From Leucoraja ocellata (taxonomy: Eukaryota): a stretch of 64,000 nt of DNA. Below the pieces are notes generated by a model. That model saw only the letters and a list, made by a program, of their open reading frames with translations, was not told the DNA's origin and ran no database searches. Below are positions 38,865 to 50,889 of the stretch, piece after piece (the first letter of the stretch is position 1; each line of letters opens with the position of its first letter). The translations under genes were made by a program, and so were the position numbers. The DNA is taken from positions 62,001-126,000 of the forward strand of contig JAWMAR010000475.1 in assembly GCA_036785375.1 (NCBI GenBank), read 5' to 3'.

Positions 38865-40322
38865 ATGACTGAAGGGTTCTCAAAATTGGATGAAGAAACA
38901 CTTGAGAAAGTTATGCATTTCCTGTTTTCGGAAGATGATGATTCGCAAATTGATGAAAATATAGTGGATAAAGTTGAATACATACAACTTAATGGAAGGA
39001 AGTTAAGCTCAATTCCATCAAATCTCTACCGTTTTAGAAATCTAAAAGCATTAGATATTAGTTCCAATAACATCACATTGATTCCAGAGGAAATTGCTGT
39101 ACTTAACGAAATGATTGACCTTAATATTAATGAAAATAATATTTCAAAGTTACCCATTGAAATTGGACATCTGAGTAAATTGGAAATGTTAAGTTTGAAG
39201 GGAAATCAATTAACCTATCTACCAGAAACCGTGGCCAGGCTGAAGCATTTGCAAGTTCTTAGACTGAACAATAATAGGATATTTGTCTTCCCAAGAATCG
39301 TATGCTTGCTTCCTGAGTTAAGGAAACTTTATCTTTCAAAAAACTCACTTCAAAGTTTACCCAAGGAGATCTCTGAGTTGAAAAATTTAAGAATTCTGTC
39401 CTTGAATAATAACAAGTTAACATTTTTGCCATTGCAGTGTTTTGAGTTGTGCTACCTCGAGGAACTAATGTTGAATGGAAATCAGTTGACTGCTCTTTCC
39501 GAGAAAATAGAGAAACTGCAGGAACTACAGGTTCTGCAAATGAAGAATAATCAATTAGAAGAACTCCCAAATGAAATTTCCAGTTGTATAAACATTAAAC
39601 AACTTTTACTTGATGGAAACAGGATCACTCACTTGCCTGCAAAGATTGGAAATTTGTATCATCTGACTGATTTCTCTGTTAGTAATAACAAACTAAAACA
39701 TCTGCCAATTGGCTTGTCACATATCATTAACCTGACAAGTTTGGACATTTCTCATAATGTCATGGAAGAAGTTCCTATTGAATTCAAAAACTGTTTTAAG
39801 GTCACGACCATCAACTGTAGCCACAACTATTTTACCCAATTTCCCGGTGCATTATGCTTGATTGCTGGATTGCGGTATTTAAATCTTAGTTGCAATCATA
39901 TCACTGAAGTACTTGCAGATGTGTGCTGCATTACGAACCTGGAAACCCTTGATCTAAGTGCAAACAATTTCACCATGTTTCCCATTCATATATGCCATCT
40001 AACAAACATGGAATATTTGGATTTGAGTAAAAATCGTATTGGGAATGTTCCAACACAAATTTATGGTTTATTCCGACTTAAGTTCCTTTATCTTCAAAAG
40101 AACAATTTTACTGACTTTTCCAGTAATTTATGCCGACTAGCCAGTCTGAAGACACTTGACATTTCTGACAACAAAATAGAACATCTTCCAAACGATATTG
40201 TAAACCTTAAACAGATTACAGAGGTTAATCTTTCGAATAATCATTTTGGCTTTTTTCCAATTGAAATAAGTAACCTGACAACACTGGAGAAACTGATAAT
40301 CAGTCAGTCAGATGGGATTAAG
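38865..40322 (+). CDS. LRRD1: Leucine-rich repeat and death domain-containing protein 1, large LRR exon (486 codons)
   Basis: About 19 tandem 23-aa LRRs (LxxLxLxxNxLxxLPxxI). ATG at 38865 has A at -3, with an in-frame TAA at 38841. Acceptor TTTTTAG at 38792 and phase-0 donor AAG|GTAAGA at 40322. Identity supported by the downstream exons and proximity to MTERF1. Confidence 0.85.
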
Positions 40323-40789
40323 GTAAGAAAACTACACTATAGAACAATGATTAAAATAATTTGTACAAAGTGGCTTTGGTATATTGACAGTGGAGGGTGA
40401 ACCATTACATTTTGCTAGGGATAAATATGTGAAAAGGAAGTCAGTTGACTTCATTTGTAACCGAGGTACAGTGCAAAGCTTTTTGCTGCGTGCTAACCAG
40501 TTAGCAGAAAGACTACATGGTTACAATCAAGCTGTCCACAGTGTACAGATACATGATAAAGGGAATAACGTTTAGTGCAAGATAAAATCCAGTAAATTCC
40601 AATTAAAGATAGTCCGAAGGTCTCCAGTGTCCCCAAGTGACACAAATAAAATCCAAGGGTCTCCGATAACACTAGTTATTAGTATTACAATAGTAGTATT
40701 ACAATAGTATGCTACTATACATTAAAATGTCAGGAAGCACTCCATTAGCCCTTTTGGTTCAAAATGTCTTCCTCTGACTTGAATGGTCC

Positions 40790-43130
40790 ATTTCTTTTAT
40801 TTTCTTTTTTTTTTTTAATATTTTTATTAGAAGTAGACATATTATAAAGTATAGTTACATATTATAGTAAGAAGACTTTTCATATACATCAGTCATACAT
40901 TATTAAAATTTTCAATTATCAATTACTTCTGCTTCTAGTGTTTTTATTTTTTTTATAGAAAAAGAGAGAAAGAGAGGGTAGAAAGTTACAAATAAAAAAT
41001 TAAAAAAACCCAGAAAAACAAAGGAGGTGGAATGGATTACCTGTAATACGTCAATGGAGATAGGTTCGTAGATTATAAAGTATAGCTTTTCATCTGATCC
41101 TGAGTTCAAGTTTCAGTTGGGTCCTCGTGCTGTGCCAATCTATCCCTTCAGATAGTTAATGAATGGAGCCCAGATTTTATCGAAAAGGTCTTGTTTGTCC
41201 ATTAAGACAAGTCTAATTCTTTCTAAGTATAGGGTCTCCGACATTTCTGTAATCCACATTTTAATTGTGGAGGTCGTAGGGCCTTTCCAAAATTTTAATA
41301 TTAATTTTTTCCCAATTATTATACTGTAGTCGAGGAAATTTCTTTGGTTTGTTGTGAGTGTTAAACTTTGTTCTGATATTCCAAGTATTATTAATTTCGT
41401 GTCTGGGTCCAGTTTTGTATTAATAACTTCTGAAGTTATTTCAAAAATATCAGTTCAGAAATGTTTATGTTTTATACAGTTTGTAAACGTATGTGTTAAA
41501 TTAGCCTCTAGATGTAGATATTTATCACAAATAGGAGAGATTTGTGGGAAGATTCTATTTAGTTTTATTTTAGAGTAGTGTAGTCTATGTAAGACCTTGA
41601 ATTGGATTAAAGTATGTCTGGCATTTAATGAACATTGATGTATTTGTTGTAAACTTTCGTCCCACATATCTTTCGTTATAGGGTGACCTATTTCATTTTC
41701 CCATTTGTATCTATATGGTTCGGACGGTGGTACCTCGTTGTTTAGTAGGGTGTTATAAATATAAGCTATTAGTTTTTCAGTATTGGGATGCTTGTTCAAA
41801 CATTCATCAAGAATTTCTGATTCTCTACTCCTGTAGACTTGTGTATTAGATTTAACATAATCTCTAATTTGTAGATATCTGAAGAAATTATTTGAGTGCA
41901 GTCCATAATTCTGTTGTAACTCTTGAAATGAAAGAAAAGTGCCTTTCCCATAAAGATGTCCTATATTTTTGATTCCATAATTTTTCCATTGCGTGACACC
42001 TTTGTCCATAAAGGATGATTTGAATAAAGGATTATTTACAATGGGAAGGCATAGTGGTATATTATTCAATTTTAAATATTTTTTTATTTGTTTCCAAATT
42101 CGTATTCCATTATGTATTATGGGGTTTTCTTTATAGGTTTTTTTGTGCAGTTTTGTGGGGGCAAATATGATCGGTCCAATTTCAAAAGGTAGACAGTCTT
42201 CCTTTTCCATCATTAACCAATCTGGTTGTTGATTCATTTCTTCCAGCCAGAAATTCATGTTTTTAATATGCACTGCCCAAAAATAAAATAAGAAATTTGG
42301 CAAAGCCAAACCTCCATTTATCTTTGACTTACATAAATGTTTTTTACTTATTCTATGATTCTTATAATCCCAGACAAAACTTGTAACAATGGAGTCGACT
42401 TTTTTGAAAAAAGTTTTTGGGATATATATCGGAATTAATTGAAGTAGGTACAGCAGTTGCGGTAAAAAAATCATTTTTATAGCATTAATTCTCCCAAGCA
42501 TAGAAATAGGGAGTGTTTTCCATTATTGAATATTCTTATGTAGTTTATTCAGTAAGGGTGGGAAATTTAGTTTAAATAAAGAGATATATGTCTTAGTTAC
42601 ATAGATTCCTAAGTATTTAAATTTATCTTTAACTTTTTTAAAAGGGGATTGTTGTATTGTATGTAAATTGAATTTTGTTATTGGCATGATTTCGCTTTTA
42701 TTCCAATTAATTCTATATCCCGAAAACTGACCAAATTGAGTTATTAGATTTAATAGGTTTGGAATACTAGTTTCTAACTTTGTAATATATATTAGTACAT
42801 CATCTGCATATAAGGAGATTTTATTCCTTGTGTCTCTAGTATTGTATCCAAATATTCCTGGATGGTTTCTAACGCTTTCTGCTAGGGGTTCGATTGCAAG
42901 AGCAAATAATAGTGGGGATAGTGAACATCCTTGTCTACAGCCTCTAGAGAGATTAAATTTAGTTGATAACATTTTGTTTGTTAATATTCTGGCTGTTGGA
43001 TTAGAATATAACAATTTAACCCATGTACAGTATTTCTCTCCTAGTTTAAATTTTTCCATCACCGAAAATAAATATGGCCATTCTACCTGGTCAAATGTTT
43101 TTTCAGCATCTAACGAGATAATTGCTAGAA
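40790..43130 (-). mobile_element. L1-clade LINE, 5'-truncated ORF2 (RT to C-terminal) in the LRRD1 intron
   Basis: RGCRQGCSLSPLLFALAIEPLA, ISLYADD, FKYLGI, GRINAIKM and GGLALPNF; Cys/His C-terminal region; A-rich tail; in-frame stops. Confidence 0.92.
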
Positions 43131-43364
43131 ATGGCTAAACCATTTTGTTGCACTGAAAAGTGCAATGACAATAACATTGAATCCAATCCAAAATGGCAGA
43201 CGTTTTCAGGATATTTCTAAGATTTGAGACAGGCATATCAATTTTGAATGCATCATTAGAGTTCTTGGTGGCGAAGATCCAGAGAAAGAGGGATAGTCAG
43301 GACTTCATTTCCTCCCTCTACTCGTCCTCACCAATTTCACCTTCTCCTGTTATGTCCTCTGAAG

Positions 43365-44599
43365 TTCAGATTCAATTTTAATTTAATTGTCATTGTCAGT
43401 GTACAGTACAGAGGCAACGAAATGCATTTAGCATCTCCCTGGAAGAGCGACATAGCAAACGATTTGAATGAATAATAATAAGTGTCCGGGGGGGGGTGGT
43501 GATTGGCAGTCACCGAGGTACGTTGTTGAGTAGAGTGACAGCCGCCGGAAAGAAGCTGTTCCTCGACCTGCTGGTTCGGCAACGGAGAGACCTGTAGAGC
43601 CTCCCGGATGGTAGGAGGGTAAACAGTCCATGGTTGGGGTGAGAGCAGTCCTTGGCGATGCTGAGCGCCCTCCGCAGACAGCGCTTGCTTTGGACAGACT
43701 CAATGGAGGGGAGCGAGGAACCGGTGATGCGTTGGGCAATTTTCACCACCCTCTGCAATGCCTTCCGGTCGGAGACAGAGCAGTTGCCATACCATGCTGT
43801 GATGCAGTTGGTAAGGATGCTCTCGATGGTGCAGCGGTAGAAGTTCACCAGGATCTGAGGAGACAGATGGACCTTCTTCAGTCTCCTCAGGAAGAAGAGA
43901 CGCTGATGAGCCTTCTTGATCAGAGTAGAGGTATTGTGGGTCCAAGAGAGGTCATCAGAGATGTTGACTCCCAGGAACCTGAAGCTAGAAACACGTTCCA
44001 CCTCCGTCCCGTTAATGTGGATGGGGGTGTGCGTGCCGCCTCTGGACTTCCTGAAGTCTACAATGAGCTCCTTGGTCTTCTTGGAGTTAAGGGCCAGGTT
44101 GTTGTCAGCGCACCATGCTGCTAAGTGCTGGACCTCCTCCCTGTAGGCCAGCTCATCGTTGTTGCTGATGAGGCCAATCACCATTGTATCATCTGCATAC
44201 TTGATGATGGTGTTAGTACCATGTACAGGTGTGCAGTCATAGGTGAAGAGGGAGTAGAGGAGGGGGCTCAGCACACAGCCCTGTGGAACGCCGGTGTTCA
44301 GGGTGAGGGTTGAAGAGGTGTGCTTGTCTAACCTCACAGACTGGGGTCTGTTGGTTAGAAAGTCCAGTATCCAGTTGCAGAGGGAGGGGTCGATGCCCAG
44401 GTTACCGAGTTTGGTGATCAGTTTTGATGGTATAATGGTGTTGAATGCTGAGCTGTAATCGATGAACAGCATTCTTACGTAAGTGTCTCTGTTGTCGAGG
44501 TGGGAGAGGGCGGAGTGAAGTGCCGTTGAGATGGCATCCTCCGTACTCCTGTTCTTGCGGTAGGCAAACTGATAGGGATCCAGTGTGGGGGGTAGACAG
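43365..44599 (-). mobile_element. Young Rex1/Babar LINE, 5'-truncated, uninterrupted RT-to-stop frame
   Basis: The 371-codon ORF 43510-44625 has no stops through [26 protein letters not shown] and FLG. Confidence 0.95.
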
Positions 44600-45635
44600 C
44601 CCCCCACACTGGACCCTTGGAACAAGTGCAGATAGCAACAACTAACCCGATTCCACTCCGCTCAACCTCATCTTTCACTCTCTTTCAAAGCTCTAACAAG
44701 ATATCAATGACCAAGCACCATCGTTTAGTTTCTCATGACTCCTATAAGATGCCAAGTGGAATTTAACTGTAACAGTGTGAAGTTTTGCATTTTGGTAAGT
44801 CAAACCAGGGAAGGTTTTATTCCGTAAATGGTAAGACCCAGGAGAGTATTATAGACACACTGGTATACAGGGTGGTGAAGAATGCTGCATTTATTGGTAA
44901 GGGTATTGAGTACAGGAGATAGGACATCATACTACAGCTGTGAAAAACATTAGTGAGATTGCTTTGATTTAAATGGGAGGACGTTGCTTTTCTGGAATGG
45001 GCTGCCAAAGGAAAACTAGAGGGAGTACAATAGTAATGTTTTAAAGACATTTAGACAGGTACATGGATTGATAAGATTTGGAGGGATATGGCCGAAATGC
45101 TTATTTATAAAATCTGGTCATCATGAAAGAGTTGGATGAAGCGCCTGTTTCTGTGCTGCATGACAAAATAACTCTAAGACAGAGTAAAACTGTTTTATTA
45201 AATTACCTCTGAATATTCATACTAACATTTGGCTATCCCTGTATCATAAAAATTCTACTGTCGGTAAAATATTTTAGCTAATCTGTACTAGCTCCTGACA
45301 TGCCTGTCTACGCCCGACTGTGGAATCTTTTCCCTGGCAATGCAATCATCAACGACTTCTGTAACTATCTCTCCTTGTTGCAATGGCGCTCTGTTATGGA
45401 ATGCATTCCTTTGAGGTACCACCACCACCATTACCAGTCTTAAAAGCTGAACACTAGTTTTAGATAACCGTCATCCAGAAGATTTGTGCAATTACAACCT
45501 TTGGGATGGCTACCCATTTACTGTCCTGAACTTGCAGGATAGCCAGGTCTTATAACTTTCAACTAGAAAATCTTAGCTTTCACTGTTCCCTTTTGGAAAT
45601 GGTGATTGGTCCCCTTGATTAACAGTGTGTTAATC

Positions 45636-46048
45636 TTTCTTTGGAGCGCAGAAGGTTAAGGGGGGGACTTGATAGAGGTTTTTAAAATGATGAGAGGGAT
45701 AGACAGAGTTGACGTGGAAAAGCTTTTCCCACTGAGAGTAGGGAAGATTCAAACAAGGGGACATGACATGAGAATTAAGGGACTGAAGTTTAGGGGTAAC
45801 ATGAGGGGGAACTTCTTTACTCAGAGAGTGGTAGCTGTGTGGAATGAGCTTCCAGTGAAGGTGGTGGAGGCAGGTTCGTTTTTATCATTTAAAAATAAAT
45901 TGGATAGTTATATGGATGGGAAGGGAATGGAGGGTTATGGTCTGAGCGCAGGTATATGGGACTAGGGGAGATTATGTGTTCGGCACGGACTAGAACGGTC
46001 GAGATGGCCTGTTTCCGTGCTGTAATTGTTATATGGTTATATGGTTAT
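45636..46048 (+). mobile_element. CR1 LINE 3' end
   Basis: RGNFFTQRVVAVWNELP; (TTATATGG)n tail. Confidence 0.9.
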
Positions 46049-46577
46049 TATATTACCAATTTGTGCTGAATATGATGCCTACTTAAACTAATCACTTCCT
46101 TTCTGCACATGATCCATATTACTCCATTCCCTGCATATTCATTAAGACTTAAAACTGAAACTCTATCAGACTTTTGCAACGGAAAGATATTATCCAGGTG
46201 GACAGAAGAAAATTATCCACGAGTAATTGCAACATCCCCACTGACTCCTGGGAATTTCTGGCCCCTGACCAGTTTAATTAAAAGATGAGCATTCAGGCTG
46301 GTATTGAGACCCATAGACCCACTAAACAATCAGAATAGACGACAAACCAAGTTCCACGATAATTCTCAACAAGAGAATTCTTGCCCAGCAAGAATGCGTT
46401 AGCAGCCTCTTACTCTACCTATCCACTCATAACTGTTGCAAATTCTGCTCTAACTCCACTTACATTTGCTGCTGACACCACCGTAAAGGGGTAGAATTCA
46501 AACAATGTTGAGACAGAGCACAGGAAAGAGTTAGAGGGCTTAGTAACATGGCATCAAGACAACAACCTCTCCTTTAA

Positions 46578-47089
46578 GGTTACACAGAAAAGCTGGAGAA
46601 ACTCAGCGGGTGCAGCAGCATCTATGGAGCGAAGGAAATAGGCAACGTTTCGGGCCGAAACCCTTCTTCAGACTGATCGGGGGTGGGGGTGGGTCGGAAC
46701 AAGAAAGGGAAAAGGAGGAGTAGCCAGAAGGCTGGAGGGTGGGAGGAGATAGTAGGGGAGCTGAGGAAGGGGAGGAGACAGCAAGGACTAACAGAATTGG
46801 GAGAATTCGAATTCTCATATAACATCGAATTCTCCCAATTCTGTTAGTCCTTGCTGTCTCCTCCCCTTCCTCAGCTCCCCTACTATCTCCTCCCACCCTC
46901 CAGCCTTCTGGCTACTCCTCCTTTTCCCTTTCTTGTCCCGACCCACCCCCACCCCCGATCAGTCTGAAGAAGGGTTTCGGCCCGAAACGTTGCCTATTTC
47001 CTTCGCTCCATAGATGCTGCTGCACCCGCTGAGTTTCTCCAGCTTTTCTGTGTAACCTTCGATTCTCCAGCATCTGCAGTTCCCTCTTA
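46578..47089. mobile_element. PLE-derived foldback insertion: 235-bp inverted arms, 14-bp TSD
   Basis: Arms 46576-46810 and 46825-47059 differ by one base seen by eye. TSD AACCTCTCCTTTAA at 46564-46577 and 47090-47103. Confidence 0.93.
46961..46994 (+). ncRNA. Minimal type I hammerhead ribozyme motif (PLE-associated)
   Basis: CUGAAGA-A-GGGU(UUCG)GCCC-GAAA-CG-UU: intact core boxes, helix II with a UUCG loop and palindromic AACGUU at helix III. Mirror copy on the - strand at 46641-46674. Confidence 0.7.
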
Positions 47090-48184
47090 AACCTCTCCTT
47101 TAATGTCAGCAAGAAAAAAGAGCTAGTCATTGACTTCAGGAAACAAGTTAGTGTACACGCCTTGAGTCAGCAACAATGGTGCTGAAGTGGAGATGGTTGA
47201 GTGCTTCAAGATCTTGGTGTAAATATCACTAACAATTTTGCCTGATCCAACCACAATAACACAACGGCCAAGAAAGTGCACCAACTAATGGAGCTGCTGC
47301 CTCACAGTGCCAGACACCCGGATTCGATCCTGACCTTGGGTCTTGTCTGTGCACATTCTCCATGTGGCTGCAGGGTTTCCTCTGGATGCTCCGGTTTCCT
47401 CCCACATTTCAAAGATGTTTGGGTTTGTATGGTCAACATTTACACTTCCTTGAGAAAGCAGCCAACATAATCTAGAAGCACGTATCCAGTCATTCTGTCC
47501 TCTCCCCTCTCCCTATGGGCATGAAAACACATACCACTAAATTCAGCAATAGCTTCTTCCCTGCTGTTATTAGATAACTGAAACAACCTCTCATAAGCTA
47601 ACGATGTAGTAACGATTTCTCAACCTACCTCGTTACATCCCTTGCACTTTTTTTCATCTGCACTTTCTCTGTAGCTGCAACACAAGATTCTGCACACTAA
47701 TTACTTTACTCTCTGCATGATCTGTTGTACTTGTGCATGGTGTGATTGTATTCATGTATGGTATGATTTGACTAGGTAGCATGAAAGACATTTTTTTACT
47801 GTGCACACATGGCAAAATAAACCAATACCCTTTCCTGCTGTGCGTCAGAGTCAGTTTTGGTACCACAGACCTGGCCACCGCTGCTGTTTTCTCCTGAACA
47901 GTCACCACCCCCAACATCCATGGAATCATACAGCATGAAAACTGTCACTTTGTCCAATTCATCCATGCAAACCAAGATGCCGATCTATGCTAGTCCTGAT
48001 TTCTCACATTCGACCCATATCCCCCCAAACACTTTTTTATTCATGGACCTATAAAATATATTTTAAATGTTTCTATTGTACTTGCCTGAATCACTTCATC
48101 TTGTAGCTCGTTCCATATAGATACTGCCCTCTGTGTGGAAATGTTGCCCCTTAGATTTTCATTAAATCTTTCTCCTCTCACCTT

Positions 48185-49732
48185 AAGAGAGTCTTTTCAG
48201 AGGACAAAAGAGCCGGAAATCTCCAGGACCTGACAATGTTTTCCCCTCTACTCTTAAGCTCTGTGCCAAACAGCTGGCACCGGTCTATACAGACATTTTT
48301 AACCAGTCCCTGAAAACATGTACTGTCCTTGCCTGCTTCAAAGTCTCCACTATTGTCCCTGTACCCAAAAAGGCAAGGATTACTGGTCTTAAAGACTACA
48401 GGCCTGTCGCACTGACCTCTGTAGTCATGAAGATACTTGAAAGGCTTGTGCTGGCCAAGCTGAAAAATATCACAAACCCTCAGATGGATCCTCTGCAGTT
48501 TGCATATCATACCCATACATCTGTGGATGATGCAGTCAACCTGGGCCCGCACTTCATCCTGCAGCACCTAGACCACCAGGGGACCTATGCGAGGATCCTG
48601 TTTGTTGATTTTGGCTCTGCATTCAACACCATTGTGCCAGAACTACTACACTCCAAACTTTCCGAGTTGACTGTGCCTGAACCCCTCTGTCAGTGGATCA
48701 CCAACTTCCTGACAGACAGGAAGCAGCATGTGAGGCTGGGAAAGCACATCTCGGAACCGCAAACGCTCAGCATAGGAGCACCGCAAGGCTGTGTACTCTC
48801 CCCTCTCCTCTACTCTCTCTACACCAACGACTGCACCTCCACAGACACCTCTGTCAAGCTTCTCAAGTTTGCGGACGACACAACCCTGATTGAACTGATC
48901 CGGGATGGGGAGGAATCTGCCTACAGACAGGAAGTGTCACAGCTGGCATCCTGGTGCTGTAGCAACAACCTAGAGCTCAATGCTCTTAAGGAGGTGGAAT
49001 TGATTGTAGACTTTAGGATAGTTCCCCCTCCCCTCACCCCACTCACCATCAGCAACACCACAATCACATCTGTGGAGTCCTGGGAACCATCATCTCCAAT
49101 GACCTTAAGTGGGGGGGCTACCATCGACTCCACAGTAAAAAAAGGCACAAGAGGATGTACTTCCTACAGCAGCTGAGGAAGCACAATCTACCATAGGCAA
49201 TGGTGGTCCAATTCTACACGGCCATCGTAGAGTCTGTTCTCACCTTCTCCATCATGGCCCGGTTTGGCTCAGCCACCAAGCACAACACCGGAGGCTGCAG
49301 CGAATCATCCGATCAGCAGAGAAGGTTATTGGCCGCAACCTTCCCTCGATTGATGAACTGTACACTGCAAGGGCCAGGAAGCGAGCGGGCAAGATCATCT
49401 CTGACCCCTGCCACCCTGGCCACAAACTCTTTGAATCACTTCCCTCTGGAAGGCGACTACGGATTGTCAAAGCTGCAACAGCCAGACATAAAAACAGCTT
49501 TTATCCACGAGTAGTTGCTCTACACAACAGCCAAAAATTTGTAGCCTCCCTTTGATCTGGTATTTTGTTGGTTCACATGCTTGATCAATGGTGTTTTATC
49601 ATTAATGTTTTATTATTATTAATGTTTAGTGTTTTCTGAGTCATTCGTAACTGTCACTGTATGTCATGTTGTTACTTGTGGGTGGAGCACCAAGGCAAAT
49701 TCCTTGTATGTGAATACTTGGCCAATAAACTA

Positions 49733-49792
<60 letters not shown>
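48185..49792 (+). mobile_element. Rex1/Babar LINE fragment with (TTAC)n tail
   Basis: 249-aa RT ORF 48427-49176 (DPLQFAY, GAPQG, FADD); AATAAA followed by about 15 TTAC units at about 49733-49791. Confidence 0.92.
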
Positions 49793-50889
49793 GCCCTTTA
49801 TCATAGAGTGATACAGTGTGGAAACAGGCCCTTTGCCCAACTTGCCCACATCAGCCAACATGTCCCAGCTACACTAGTCCCATCTGTCAGCATTTGGCCC
49901 ATATCTCTCTAAACCTGTTCTATCCATGTCTAACTATTTCTTAAATGTTGGGATAGTCCCTGCCTCAACTACACTCATCTGGCAGCTTGTTCCACGCTTT
50001 GTGTAAAAAAGTTACTCCTCAGGTTCCTATAAATCTTTTCCCCTTCACCTTAAACCTATGTCCTCTGGTCCTCAATTCACCTACTCTGGACAAGAAACTG
50101 TGCATCTACACGAGACTATGCATCTATTCCTCTCATGACTTTATACGCCTCAATAAGATCACCCCTGATCTTCCTGCACTCCATGGAATAGAGTCCCAGC
50201 CTACTCAACCTCTCCCTATAGCTCAGACCCACCAGCCATGGCAACATCCTTGTAAATCTTTTCTGTACCCATTCCAGCTCTGGTCTTTGATTTCCCTACC
50301 CTGGATAAACGATTGTCTGCATTCATCCCATTGATGTCACTCATGATTCCATACACCTCCTGAAGATCACCGCTTCTTCTTCTTGCGTATGGCGTGCACA
50401 GCCTAAAGTTGTAAGACAAATTGTTCCGTTTGATCTTCTGTTTGTGCATGCCAGGTTGATTGCATTTATCGAAACAGAGTGGACCAGTTGAAGGTTGCAA
50501 TCTCCTACCCCAAGATCACCGCTCAGTCTTCTATTCTCCAGGAACAAAGTCCCACCCTGCTATATCAATAGCCTCTCCTCTGCTCTCAAATCTAGCATCA
50601 TAAACAATAAGCTCATCTGGTAGATGGGTGCTGTTGCCAGAGATAGCCCCCAATTTTGGTTTGTAACCCATGATGGTATTCTGGTCCTGCCACAGTCATC
50701 TAGAATCTACTTGATCAAACCAAGTCTCCAACTTACTTTTGAAGCCTCTCTTGGCATTGCTGATCATTTAATGGAGATCATACTTGGCCTTTTGTACAAT
50801 GCAAGACCATCCATAGGTCTGGCAAGAACTCAGGGCATGGATAGGAATGTGTGACAGAGACGTTATAGCCATTATAGATTTTGGCTAAG

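Larger units (their letters stand above)
46330..47800 (+). mobile_element. Old Rex1-type LINE interrupted by a PLE foldback and a SINE piece (about 47290-47430)
   Basis: Remnants of FAADTT, WHQDNNLSFNVSKKKELVIDFRK and NSFFPAVIR rejoin across the insert. Confidence 0.7.

Noticed and set aside
40323-40400. C-terminal tail of the 518-aa ORF (VRKLHYRTMIK...)
   Set aside because: Intron read-through past the AAG|GTAAGA donor; the LRR pattern resumes at 56163.
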